A DNA stretch of 64,000 nt from assembly GCA_020353515.1 (NCBI GenBank), contig CP070695.1, forward strand, positions 2,642,155-2,706,154, written 5' to 3'. This DNA is from Candidatus Heimdallarchaeota archaeon (GTDB taxonomy: Archaea; Asgardarchaeota; Heimdallarchaeia; Hodarchaeales; Hodarchaeaceae). How positions within the stretch are numbered: position 1 is the stretch's first letter; every line of letters begins with the position of its first letter. The notes under the pieces are model-generated. The model ran no database searches. It saw only the letters and a list, made by a program, of their open reading frames with translations, and was not told where the DNA came from. Both the position numbers and the translations under genes were made by a program. This document shows, in pieces, positions 1 through 10,101 of this stretch.

Positions 1-373
1 TTCCAGCTAATTCTTTTATTCGAACAGCAAGATTGTCGATTTTGGCTTTGACTTCGCCTTCGTTTATAATTGAGCAGCTCGCTGTCTTTACTCCAAGATT
101 ACAGGCTTTTCCTAGCTCATCTTTGCTAATAACATAAAGATAAGGGATTTTCTTATCCTTGCAAAGAAGGGGTAGATGTGCAACAATCTCTGGTGGATCT
201 ACATCTAACGCAATAAAAACTAATTTAGCTTCACCACGTTCGATACTTTTTGTGGTTTCGTTCGTCCCCTTACGGATATTCGCTGGTTCAGTGCTGACGT
301 TTTCGAGTAACGCCAAAGCATCGCTGTCCAGCCCTTCAGGTTGTTCATAATTCACATAGAATGGTTTACTCAT
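1..373 (-). CDS. rpl7ae: 50S ribosomal protein L7Ae (3' end runs off the window)
   Basis: Hand translation from ATG at 373: MSKPFYVNYEQPEGL...NIRKGTNETTKSIERGEAKLVFIALDVDPPEIVAHLPLLCKDKKIPY. This is the classic L7Ae signature, with a GGAGG SD upstream. Not in the ORF track. Confidence 0.97.
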   Translation of the reverse strand, partial: MSKPFYVNYEQPEGLDSDALALLENVSTEPANIRKGTNETTKSIERGEAKLVFIALDVDPPEIVAHLPLLCKDKKIPYLYVISKDELGKACNLGVKTASCSIINEGEVKAKIDNLAVRIKELAG

Positions 374-390
374 TTTTTTTGCGACCTCCA

Positions 391-421
391 GGGTCTTATT
401 TCAGTAAGAATAGTCATACCC
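391..421 (-). promoter_or_regulatory. Kink-turn in the rpl7ae 5' leader (candidate autoregulatory L7Ae site)
   Basis: Minus strand reads GGG-UAU-GA-C-UAUU-[CUUACUGA]-AAUA-A-GA-CCC: C-stem, 3-nt bulge, tandem G.A/A.G and NC-stem, directly abutting the SD. Confidence 0.75.
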
Positions 422-539
422 AATCCTTGGTCGGGCAGTCAACCCCGCTTTTTGAAGAATTAAATATTTTACTTTTTTTGTGAAAGGTTTCCAACCTTTT
501 TCTTCTTAAATAACCCTTAGATATCGCCAAAATTTGTAA

Positions 540-809
540 TTATCTCTGATCCAACCAGTAGACTCTCCATTCAGAGACACGTCTATCTCGTATTTTAGCA
601 GTCCACATGCTTGGACCATTTAATCGTCTCTCATTAGAGCAGATGGAATAACCAATCATAACAACAACATTATCAGCGACAGTAACAGAGGTGAATATGT
701 TTCTGTAGTCAGGATAATTCGCAAAGAATTGTCTCCACCCCTCTTTCATATTATTATCAACGTCTCCAGAGTTATCTATGAACATATGATCCTCAGTCAT
801 TAACTTCAC
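540..809 (-). pseudogene. SnoaL/NTF2-like protein, apparently 5'-truncated
   Basis: LMTEDHMFID...W..FF..YPDYRN...V.EWRVY pattern. An in-frame TGA lies a few codons upstream, so the usual N-terminal helix is missing. Confidence 0.55.
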
Positions 810-1659
810 TAAACCAGAATCGTTCCATCATAGAAACCAGAGTTATGTATACATAATATTTCTATGCTATTGGATTCTTATTCACTTTAGAAAGAAAAAG
901 AACCATAGTTACCTCACATGATTATGCCATTACCAGATTGGTACTTGAGATCAACCATTGGAGAGACAAATCAGGAGTTAAAAGAGCAAGTTGGTATATC
1001 TGCAATACCCAAGCCTGTATATCATGTGTAAAACTCTCATATAAAAGGTATTGAAGTATTAACCAACCATTAGAGAGATTTATTTGCGAAAGGGGCCCTG
1101 AATTTCACTTTAATATAAGATATAATCATTTTAATAAATTATTTTCTAAATAAAACCATTTCTAGAGTTTAATCAGAGTTTATGCACAGAAACAGGGGAA
1201 TTATTCTTTAATCAATAGTACTTCTTTTTTGATAAGTCTTAGAACTCGTATTTCTGGTAGTTGGTGACGTCAGTTCTTTTTTTACATTGAAAGAAAGCAT
1301 AATATGTAATTTTTTCAGACAAAATGCTATAATTACTGGAAGCAATGTAGGGCACATAATTCAGGAAAACAAGAGATATAAATTTCTGTATATATTAACA
1401 AAGGTTCGAGACGCTTAATTACTAGCGTATCTAATTACTATAGACTATTTATCAAGAAATCTGGTTGAGGGAGTAAGATGTGAATGGTTAAATTCAAAGT
1501 TAAAATGAATAGCTTTATTAATATGATATGTTACGCCGAGATTAACATTATTGAAAAAAATTTCAGGTTATAGGACTGACAATACGATTATGAGGGTCAC
1601 AGTACCCTTCCTCGGGTAATATAAATCCTCCTAAGGTCATTTGAAACAATTCTATAACT

Positions 1660-2577
1660 TTGAAAAATCCTACCACAATGTTATGGATGATTTTTGCAAG
1701 TCTATCGGCTATTTTTGAGTCCTTTCGGTACATTCTGCTTAAAAAGAGTGTCATTACTAATATACATCAATTTACCTGTCATATGTATTTTTTGTCTGGT
1801 ACTTTGATGTTATTTTTCAGCTGGTTAATTGGTTTTCCTAGTTTGAATTCATACTTCTGGATGACTTTTATTATTGTACTTCTTCTTAATACTCTAGCTG
1901 TTCCCATGTATTTGAAGGCTATTCAGCTCTCAGAAGTTTCTCTTGTCGTACCATTATTCTCATTTGGGGCTATATTCTCTATCTTCTTAAGTTTTTTATT
2001 GATACAAGAGATACCTTCCTTGATTGGGATGATAGGAGTATTATTGATCTGTTTAGGTTCTTACGTTCTGAACTCGCCCTCAGGAAAAAACTCGTGGTTA
2101 GAACCCTTAAGGCAACTTTTGGTATCAAAAACAAATATACTTATGTTGATAAGTGTGTTGCTAACTAGTATAGTAACAATTTACTCAAAGGTATTAGTTC
2201 AACAATCAGACGTCATATTTGGTACCGCTTTAGTTTATCTTGGTTTAGGCTTATTTTTTTATTCATTTGGTTTCAGGAACTCATCCCATAGAGGCTATTT
2301 ATTTGATAATAGAGAAGAACTAATCCTAGAAGAAAATATTCCTAAGAAAACCTTTCAGGTGATTTTTTTTCTAAGTGTTTTACTTGTTTTGAGTGTGATT
2401 ACTAGGAATCTTGCTTTAATCTTGCAAAAGGTATCTTATGTGATGGCATTCCGATCAATTAGTATTATTTTTTCAATATTGCTTGGAGTAATATTGCTAA
2501 AAGAAGTTAAAACCCAAGGAAAGGGCTTTGCAATACCAATAATGGGACTAGGTTTAGTTCTAGTAGCCTTTGTGTAA
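1660..2577 (+). CDS. EamA/DMT family transporter
   Basis: About 10 hydrophobic segments in two repeats; YLKAIQLSEVSLVVPL and FRSISIIFSILLGVILLKE motifs. Confidence 0.85.
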   Translation: MKNPTTMLWMIFASLSAIFESFRYILLKKSVITNIHQFTCHMYFLSGTLMLFFSWLIGFPSLNSYFWMTFIIVLLLNTLAVPMYLKAIQLSEVSLVVPLFSFGAIFSIFLSFLLIQEIPSLIGMIGVLLICLGSYVLNSPSGKNSWLEPLRQLLVSKTNILMLISVLLTSIVTIYSKVLVQQSDVIFGTALVYLGLGLFFYSFGFRNSSHRGYLFDNREELILEENIPKKTFQVIFFLSVLLVLSVITRNLALILQKVSYVMAFRSISIIFSILLGVILLKEVKTQGKGFAIPIMGLGLVLVAFV

Positions 2578-2639
2578 AAAGATATGATAATCTAGTCATT
2601 CTAAAAATGTTAATATGTAACTTATTTTCTTGATTTTTA

Positions 2640-3143
2640 TTATTCTTCTTTGTCAATAAAGTGTTCAGAACGAACAATAATACTCATGATATATTTTTCT
2701 GCTTCTAGTGTTAATCTAGCTTTTATTATGGGATACTTTAAGAATTCTTTCTGTGAGGTATCAATCACTAATTTAGATTTAATCCGCTTATTAATTGTTG
2801 CAATTGAAACAACTACCTCCTCATTTGATGATGATGAAATGCTTAACAATCTATTATCTAAATCAATACTCAACCTTTTGAACACATGCAATTTTTTCCT
2901 ATTTTTCTTGTATGTGAGAACTACTTTATCTCTAGCTCTTACTACAAAGTTTGCTGGAATATCATATTTTATTCTAACCTCTTTATAGGTTAAATGATGA
3001 AGTGCAACTGAATTAAAACACCCTTCATCATATGCAATAGTGCTAATATAGTTACAGACCTCTCTATAGATTCTTATTGTATTTTTCAACTTTGAAGAAT
3101 CTTCGACAGTAGGCTCCAGTATACCTAGGATGGTAAAATTCAT
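2640..3143 (-). CDS. TnpB (IS200/IS605, IS1341-like) N-terminal-domain-only protein lacking RuvC
   Basis: LEPTVED...LKNTIRIYREVCNYISTIA...LHHLTYKEVRIKYDIPANFVVRA...DNRLL...VSIATINKRIK...ARL...KYIMSIIV follows the TnpB WED/REC N-half. It stops before the RuvC-I GVDLG motif. Confidence 0.7.
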   Translation of the reverse strand: MNFTILGILEPTVEDSSKLKNTIRIYREVCNYISTIAYDEGCFNSVALHHLTYKEVRIKYDIPANFVVRARDKVVLTYKKNRKKLHVFKRLSIDLDNRLLSISSSSNEEVVVSIATINKRIKSKLVIDTSQKEFLKYPIIKARLTLEAEKYIMSIIVRSEHFIDKEE

Positions 3144-3282
3144 TCTTCATCAAACAACTTTCAGATTAAATGATCCAAGTAAATGTGTGGATCAATCATA
3201 TTTTTAGTAAGTTCAATCCTTAGTGATAATAAGATTTCCATATTGATCTGAATCCTGAGATTGACGAAACATTATTTAGAAA

Positions 3283-5007
3283 TTACTTGAGGGGTAACAT
3301 TGCTGATCTTCTTGAGAATTGTTTAGCTCCATAATTTTCTAGCTGTTTTTCTAAAAGTGGGTAACCATTGTCTTCTAAAATTCTATTTAAACGATCTAAT
3401 TCAGATAATATAGAAAATAAATTTGGATCAATAGCTAAACATCTTCCGTCAACAATGGCAGTTTGGATCTCTCCACGTGCTATATCAGATCCCTTCAAAT
3501 GTGGTGCATCAAAAATTCCTAACTTAACTGCTTTTGTTAATGTTAATGGATCAATAAATGGATCTTTCACAGATTCTCCTGAGATTTTTTGAATTGCTTG
3601 AAGAATCAGATAACTGTCAGAAATAAGCTTTAATTTATAAGCCTCAAGCTTTCGATCTAAGTTGATTGAAGGTAATCCCCTTATAGAATTTGAAATCACT
3701 TTATGAGCTATTTTGGCACTTTCTATCACGTCTTCAGATGTTGCTGCATGATCAGCCTCACAATAACTGACCACATGGACAATATGTGGTTTAATAAACA
3801 TAGCCATTTGAATAGAAGATGCCAATTGCCCTTTTGCGAGATGAGGATCCTCGGGAAAACTCATGAGTCCAGTACGAACCTGACGATATGTAGTAAAGGT
3901 TTCAGAATGTAAACTTTCAATTAATTCCGTCTTAGCTAGCATTTTTGCTAAGTCATATCTAGGAGCTAGACCAATAGGAGTATTAAACATCATTTGAGAA
4001 ATATAATTATGCACTCCAGCCTTTTTTGAATTGTATGCACCTAAGAAGGCAGCTGCGACCGCTATAGCATCTGGAGCTGAACGAAGACTCCAATGATGCG
4101 CCTCATTTGCTTCAAATGGTATGTTATGTTCACCATGCCAAGTCATATTAGCAATATTCTCTTTAATTGCTTCCTGTAATACTCTATCACTTCTACCATC
4201 CAATTCAGAGTACCAGAAAAGAGGAGTAGCCCCCCAAGCATTATCAATAGTATTTCTAAGCATTCTTGATATTTTTATTAAATTTCTTGTACCTGAATAA
4301 CAACGTAATAAAGGATAATTTCCACGTCGAGAAACCTTATAAAAACTAATTAGATCTTCTTCCGAACGAATTGGAACTCCACCTGCTCCCTGTTCTGACT
4401 TTTTCATCTTGATAGGATTGAAAAAGTGTTCTTGAAAATTTTGATCTGGCCCTATTGAGATTATATCAATGATTTTTGCTGCTGCTACAGTTTTGATGCC
4501 TTTCTGGGTCTCTTCAACAGAAGGAACCCCATAATGGGCACGTAATAAGGGATAAGGATAATAAAATTCTATTCGGCCGATTAAACTCGTGGGAAAAGAA
4601 TTCTTTTCCTTTGAGGAGGAGAGTGAATCTCTCAAATATTCAATAACGTCCTTTTCTGTTGTGTTTCCACTAAAAAGACGATCAAATATTCCCAAGCGTC
4701 CAATTGCATTACATACAGGACTAGTACCCCCGAAGATCCACTTTTTCTTTCTTATCTTAGGGGTCATTCTGTTATTAAGTTCCTTCACAAGCTCAACACA
4801 GGCTTCTGGGGTTAAACGATAACTTAAAGCAATGATATCAGGATCCAATTTTTTGATTTCTGCAATAATATCTTCAATTGTGTTTGGAGGACGTAAGAAA
4901 GATGTTTTATACCCTTGTTGCTGTGCAATTCCCATGAAATTAAACACACCAGCAACATGAACACAGGAACCTAAAGTAGCACAAAATATGTGATTACTAT
5001 CTGTCAT
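3283..5007 (-). CDS. Cobalamin-binding domain fused to a mutase-like TIM barrel (uncharacterised)
   Basis: N-terminal B12 Rossmann domain (CVHVAG, ALSY, IFGG). The barrel has RAHYG, GGVP and HVVSYCEA segments reminiscent of glutamate and methylmalonyl-CoA mutases. Confidence 0.75.
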   Translation of the reverse strand: MTDSNHIFCATLGSCVHVAGVFNFMGIAQQQGYKTSFLRPPNTIEDIIAEIKKLDPDIIALSYRLTPEACVELVKELNNRMTPKIRKKKWIFGGTSPVCNAIGRLGIFDRLFSGNTTEKDVIEYLRDSLSSSKEKNSFPTSLIGRIEFYYPYPLLRAHYGVPSVEETQKGIKTVAAAKIIDIISIGPDQNFQEHFFNPIKMKKSEQGAGGVPIRSEEDLISFYKVSRRGNYPLLRCYSGTRNLIKISRMLRNTIDNAWGATPLFWYSELDGRSDRVLQEAIKENIANMTWHGEHNIPFEANEAHHWSLRSAPDAIAVAAAFLGAYNSKKAGVHNYISQMMFNTPIGLAPRYDLAKMLAKTELIESLHSETFTTYRQVRTGLMSFPEDPHLAKGQLASSIQMAMFIKPHIVHVVSYCEADHAATSEDVIESAKIAHKVISNSIRGLPSINLDRKLEAYKLKLISDSYLILQAIQKISGESVKDPFIDPLTLTKAVKLGIFDAPHLKGSDIARGEIQTAIVDGRCLAIDPNLFSILSELDRLNRILEDNGYPLLEKQLENYGAKQFSRRSAMLPLK

Positions 5008-6152
5008 TCCTCTAATACACTCTCCTGTTTCTTTATTTCGATATAGAATTCATCACCCAGAGTCATGTATTCTTTCAGTAAGTAAAATGGAATTTTATCA
5101 AGTTCCAGTGACTCAACAGTCCTCCCAAGAGATCTATAATCTTTATTGAACATACAATTGGCTAAATTAATTATTGCATCTATGAAAGGGGTTGGAACTT
5201 CAGCTACCTCTCCAAAACTAGAAAGGGGAATTAATCCAGTTGGAATATCTTCAAAGATATACCGGACATTTAAGGTTGAAGGTGCCATAACATTTTGATA
5301 TTCTTTTGTATTATGAATGGTTTCACATAAACTACCTCCACTACTTCCATAAACAGAATTCAACCATTTTTGTAGAGTAATTGCCTGTACTCCGAACGCG
5401 TCTGCTACAGCAACTCGTTCTTTATCCATTTTTTCTAAGAAAGAAGCAACAGAAGGAGATACTCCATCAATGTAATGTCGGTAGTTAACCTTTGGATCCT
5501 CACATCTAGCAATATTAAGTAATAAAGGGGTAGGGTGAAAAATAGCACCAATGTTATCGAAAGAAGTATTCAAAACAGATTCAGTTTCCCAAAAAGCACC
5601 ATTAAGATCCTTCAAAAACGGGACAACTTCCTCATTTTCACAGGAAGGAAATGCTGAAATTGGGACTCTTCTCTTTATCCCGGAAATTGTTACTTGACCA
5701 GGTTTTGAACATCGAGACACAAATAGAAGAGATTGAGCTTCTACAACATGTGGTTTGAAAGGGCCATTATTGTTCCGAATGGAATTTCTCACTTCAATTG
5801 CGCCTCCAGTTCTCCCTGGATTTAAAACAACGATTTGATTGCCATCTAAATAAGGAGTAATTCTTGCAGCTACATCTTTATGCGCATTAGCGGTCGTTAC
5901 GACCATTATTAACCTACTTTGTTTAATAACCTTGTGAATTGATGAAGAAATAAAATCAACGTCATAATGTCCTTCTAATAGTCCTGAGGAAGTAATACCT
6001 TTATTTTCTTTTATCGATTCAAGGACTGCTCTTGACCGATTCCAAATTTTTACTTTATAACCTTGTGATTTCGCATACGCAGCAAACGCATGTCCTCCAT
6101 TTCCTAACCCGAGAATAGATATAGAATCGTCTTGAATCTTATTATTTTTCAT
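5004..6152 (-). CDS. NAD/NADP-dependent opine (octopine/nopaline) dehydrogenase family
   Basis: GLGNGG, LNPGRTGG, NIGAIFHP and RYIFEDIPTGL motifs; ATGA overlap with the B12 gene. Confidence 0.9.
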   Translation of the reverse strand: MKNNKIQDDSISILGLGNGGHAFAAYAKSQGYKVKIWNRSRAVLESIKENKGITSSGLLEGHYDVDFISSSIHKVIKQSRLIMVVTTANAHKDVAARITPYLDGNQIVVLNPGRTGGAIEVRNSIRNNNGPFKPHVVEAQSLLFVSRCSKPGQVTISGIKRRVPISAFPSCENEEVVPFLKDLNGAFWETESVLNTSFDNIGAIFHPTPLLLNIARCEDPKVNYRHYIDGVSPSVASFLEKMDKERVAVADAFGVQAITLQKWLNSVYGSSGGSLCETIHNTKEYQNVMAPSTLNVRYIFEDIPTGLIPLSSFGEVAEVPTPFIDAIINLANCMFNKDYRSLGRTVESLELDKIPFYLLKEYMTLGDEFYIEIKKQESVLEE

Positions 6153-6739
6153 ATATAATCTTCCTGTTAGTTTTAAATAATTCTCGTCTATTAAATGCTA
6201 TTTTAATGAGTGTTCTCTCATTTATTTGCTGATTATCCTATTAAAAAAAGAAAGTCTAACTAAAATGAGAATTTCTTAGGAAATCAGATCTATTATCTCT
6301 TTTTACTGAATTTATTCATATGAATGAACAAAGAGGAAATTTTAATGTTCTTTACACAAGTAATTCTTACAAAATTTCTTTATTAGCTTTTCGGATGTAT
6401 AAAACGTGATATTTATAAACAATACAACTATAGGCATAACAAATTACTATAAAATACCCATATTCATATATGAATATAGCTTAATTTCGATATTAAACTA
6501 TTACTTATGTTTTTTAGGGATAGTATATTCATAAATGACTTATTTTTTATTGTAAAAAGACCAATTACAGTTATACTCGAATTGATAGACTTCCTTATAC
6601 TCGGAAGAAGTACATTATTGAGGGAAACCATGAATTTAAAATCAGTTAGTCCCCAGTATTGGCTAGGTCCATCAAAAGAGGAGTAAATTTAAATCTCCAA
6701 ACCTTGAAGAAGATTCTAGAAAATTAATTACTATTTCTT

Positions 6740-7273
6740 TTAATACTCATTGGGTATGCGTTCCATTAAACAGTCAAAACCTATTCCTTTCATTTCAGAG
6801 TTCTCTTTAAATCCGAATCGATGATAATAGTTTTTTAATTTTAAGATCTCTTCGTCAGTTGGTTTTTTCTCTGGACTAATGAAGGGCATTGCATGCAGAG
6901 TTAAAGTAATTCCTAATTCATCTGCAATTTCCGTTAATTCTTCGAAGATATAAGTGGACAATCCATTTCCTCGAAATTCTGGTTCAATCCAAAGAGTGCC
7001 TATATAGCATTCATTTTTTTTAGCTTTCCATGCTAGTGAAAAGCTCCCTATCCTAAGAAAATCGTCTTTAATTTCTTCACCAATGTCTATAAAACAATTT
7101 ATTGTCTTTTTTTGGTCTATTACTCTTTTTAACGAGATAGGTTCTCCCATAAATACTTCTTCTAAGCTATTAATGTTGAAATGACAAAACTGACTATTTG
7201 TTTGGAATTCAACCTGGAAATCCCAATAATCAAGGTTTGCACAATCTTGATTAGTTTCGGTCACAGAATACAT
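6740..7273 (-). CDS. GNAT-family acetyltransferase
   Basis: LWIEPEFRGNGLS acetyl-CoA motif and YYHRFGF. Confidence 0.8.
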   Translation of the reverse strand: MYSVTETNQDCANLDYWDFQVEFQTNSQFCHFNINSLEEVFMGEPISLKRVIDQKKTINCFIDIGEEIKDDFLRIGSFSLAWKAKKNECYIGTLWIEPEFRGNGLSTYIFEELTEIADELGITLTLHAMPFISPEKKPTDEEILKLKNYYHRFGFKENSEMKGIGFDCLMERIPNEY

Positions 7274-8291
7274 TAGTCGTCTCCTTTAATAGCTTTTATT
7301 ATTTTATTCTACCCTATTTAAGATTTAAGATGGTCTACATAAATCAAAAAGCATTCATGAACTTAAGATCTCCAATGGTATCATCACACACGAGAAAAAC
7401 GAATATTTTCAGGTTTTAAACCCAATAAACTATTTCTCTTAATTTCATGATGAATGTGAAAAGGATTGAGGCTTCTTTCTGATTCTATCTCATTATTCAT
7501 GTATTGATCATTCATAAGAAAATATCTTAATGCAATTAATCATGCTTGTTTTCGATTTATTATATAAAAATTCAGCTATTTAAGGTTTTTGGTATTCTAT
7601 CACTTTTATTCTTAAGGTATTAGACATATATTTCTTCAAGCGATCTCATGAGAGTAGAACGGCTAAAGTATGATGAGAGGCGGAAAATTAAGCCCATAAT
7701 GAGAGGATAAAGGATGAATTTTCTTTTTTTATAATATAGTATTGTAAGATAATCTAGGATTCAAACAGATTTTTGGAACAAAATTCTTTGAAAATTCGAG
7801 TCAATGATTGTTTCAGAGGAAATTCGTCTTATAATATATTGTAATAACCTCTTAGATTAGGTATTAACACAAATATCGGCCAATGGTGCTAATTTTTCAG
7901 TTGGTCAGAAGAACTCAAGAAAGCTAGATGCGATTCTCCTCCACTCAAAATATGAGATTTGCCTTATTTTAATGGATACTATGATAAGATTAGGTTATAT
8001 CTTTGAATTGTGTGACTCAGGACATTTAATTGATTGAAACGCGAAAGAATAATTAAAATCATCATTTCACTTTAGTATATATGAATTTAACATATATAAG
8101 TGATATTCAAGTCAATGGATTAAACATATATCGTTGATGCCTAAAAGGGACTTAGCTAGTTATCTAGGAATTTAGATGTGATTGAATTTTAATAACAAAT
8201 CATTAATGGGTTTAATACTAAAAAGTAAGGGATTTGATGTAGAAATATATTGAATCTGTTATTAGATGTGCAAGGATTTTTTTGTTATTCA

Positions 8292-9422
8292 TTATCTAGA
8301 ATAATAGGCGGAGAGGTCAAGTCCATGGATTTTTAGAAGTCCGGCCGTTTTACCAGTAATTATTAGAGGTACTTTTTTTAACTCTGAAATATTCCGAGAA
8401 CCAGTAAGGAAACAAGCCACTCTTAGCTGATAGGTGATTTCTTCGATTTTCTGCACAACTGCTTCTGCAGAGTGTTGTTGAACTGTGAAAAGAAATGGAA
8501 TCGCAATCCCGGCTGCATCCGCTCCGAGAGCAATTAATTTTGCAATATCTAATCCACTTCTTACCCCCCCAGATCCAATAATTATTCCATCGAAATTTCT
8601 TTTGGCTAGGATTGTACTTAACACTGTAGGAATTCCCCAATCCCAATAAACTTCCCCAGTGTTCTTAAACTTGGGCAGGCTTGTCCTAATCGCCTCTACC
8701 CCTGCCCATGACGTTCCTCCCGCTCCTTGCACATCAATTGCTTGAAATCCCATCTTCTTAATTACTCTAATATCATGAAGACTAAATCCTGCACCAACTT
8801 CCTTGGCGATAACAGGGACAGAATGAGCTTGAATTAACTGTCTCGTTTTTTCATGGAGTCCTTTTAATTCCGTGTCACCTTCAGGTTGAATTGCCTCTTG
8901 AAGGGGATTAAAATGCACTGCAATGGCATCAGCTTTAATCATGTCAATGAGTTCTTGAAATTGATTATTAGTAAGCCCCTGAGCTATTTGACCCGCTCCT
9001 ATATTTCCAATAATCAGGGAATTGGGTGCTTTTTCTCTCACAATATTAAATGATTCTTTAACCTCATCATTTTCTAGAGCTGCTCTCTGACTTCCTACTC
9101 CCATACCGATATTGGTTTGTTCAACAGCTTGAGATAAAAACGCATTTAATTTGTGGGTAAAATCATGTCCTCCTGTCATCCCTGATATAATTAAGGGAAT
9201 GGAGAGCTTTTTATTAAAAATCTCACATGATAAATCAATCTCGTTAAGATTTAAATCAGTGGTTGCGTGATGCACAAATGAGATATCCTCTAATCCTGTT
9301 GTTATAGCTCGGCCTTGAACATCATGTTCCAAGCAAATTTGGATATGTGCTAGCTTCCTATCGGATGTCAAATTATTTTTTTTCTCAATTTTATCAGTTA
9401 ATACTTTATATTCTGTTTCCAT
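8292..9422 (-). CDS. fni: Type 2 isopentenyl-diphosphate delta-isomerase
   Basis: RKLAHI, GMTGG, GVGSQR, HFNPLQEAIQPEGD, KEVGAG, GGTSW. Confidence 0.97.
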   Translation of the reverse strand: METEYKVLTDKIEKKNNLTSDRKLAHIQICLEHDVQGRAITTGLEDISFVHHATTDLNLNEIDLSCEIFNKKLSIPLIISGMTGGHDFTHKLNAFLSQAVEQTNIGMGVGSQRAALENDEVKESFNIVREKAPNSLIIGNIGAGQIAQGLTNNQFQELIDMIKADAIAVHFNPLQEAIQPEGDTELKGLHEKTRQLIQAHSVPVIAKEVGAGFSLHDIRVIKKMGFQAIDVQGAGGTSWAGVEAIRTSLPKFKNTGEVYWDWGIPTVLSTILAKRNFDGIIIGSGGVRSGLDIAKLIALGADAAGIAIPFLFTVQQHSAEAVVQKIEEITYQLRVACFLTGSRNISELKKVPLIITGKTAGLLKIHGLDLSAYYSR

Positions 9423-9434
9423 GTTGGGATTCTC

Positions 9435-10019
9435 TCACTTTACTACTTGCTGTTCACTTTTTTTCCATCGTCTATATTTCTCATTTGGAATATTTAAACA
9501 GTCTAAAACTTTCCCAGTAATGAAATTAAATAAATCTTGGATGTTTTGTGGTTTATGATAGAATCCTGGACTTAATGGGAGAATTATCGCACCATATGTG
9601 GCGAGTTTGTTTAAATTGTGGATGCAGGGGGGACTTAAAGGAGTTTCACGTATTCCTATGATCAAAGGTCGTCGCATCTTGAGCATTATATCAGCTGCCC
9701 GCGAAATAAGATTTTCAGTATTTGCATTGGCGATGTTACTAACTGTTTTTACTGTAGCTGGTATAACAACCATCCCATCTATCAATGTTGAGCTACTGGA
9801 AAGGGGTGCATCCATTTCTTTGCTATCATATACTCGAAAAGCTATTTCTTTGATTTTCGAAACGTCTATCCCTACTTCATCTTGTAGTACATATTCTGCC
9901 CATTCGCTCAAGATAACATGAGTCTCTATTCTGCTTTCTACTAAAGCTTGGAGTACCTCTATTCCATATTGGATTCCAGAAGCCCCTGTTAAAGCAACAA
10001 TTATACGCTTCGATTTCAC
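9435..10019 (-). CDS. ubiX: UbiX flavin prenyltransferase
   Basis: ALTGASG, LISRAAD, RETPL, PGFYHKP. Confidence 0.95.
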   Translation of the reverse strand: MKSKRIIVALTGASGIQYGIEVLQALVESRIETHVILSEWAEYVLQDEVGIDVSKIKEIAFRVYDSKEMDAPLSSSSTLIDGMVVIPATVKTVSNIANANTENLISRAADIMLKMRRPLIIGIRETPLSPPCIHNLNKLATYGAIILPLSPGFYHKPQNIQDLFNFITGKVLDCLNIPNEKYRRWKKSEQQVVK

Positions 10020-10101
10020 GAGATTTCACATCTATTGAGCGCTCTTAACCATCTCTTGTACTAGAAAGAATGAATAGCGGAAAAAGAAAGAATGGAAACT
10101 A

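Noticed and set aside
159-350. 63-aa plus-strand ORF
   Set aside because: Antisense shadow of rpl7ae.
2578-3282. Intact IS200/IS605 element
   Set aside because: No tnpA, no RuvC domain and no room for a right end or omegaRNA.
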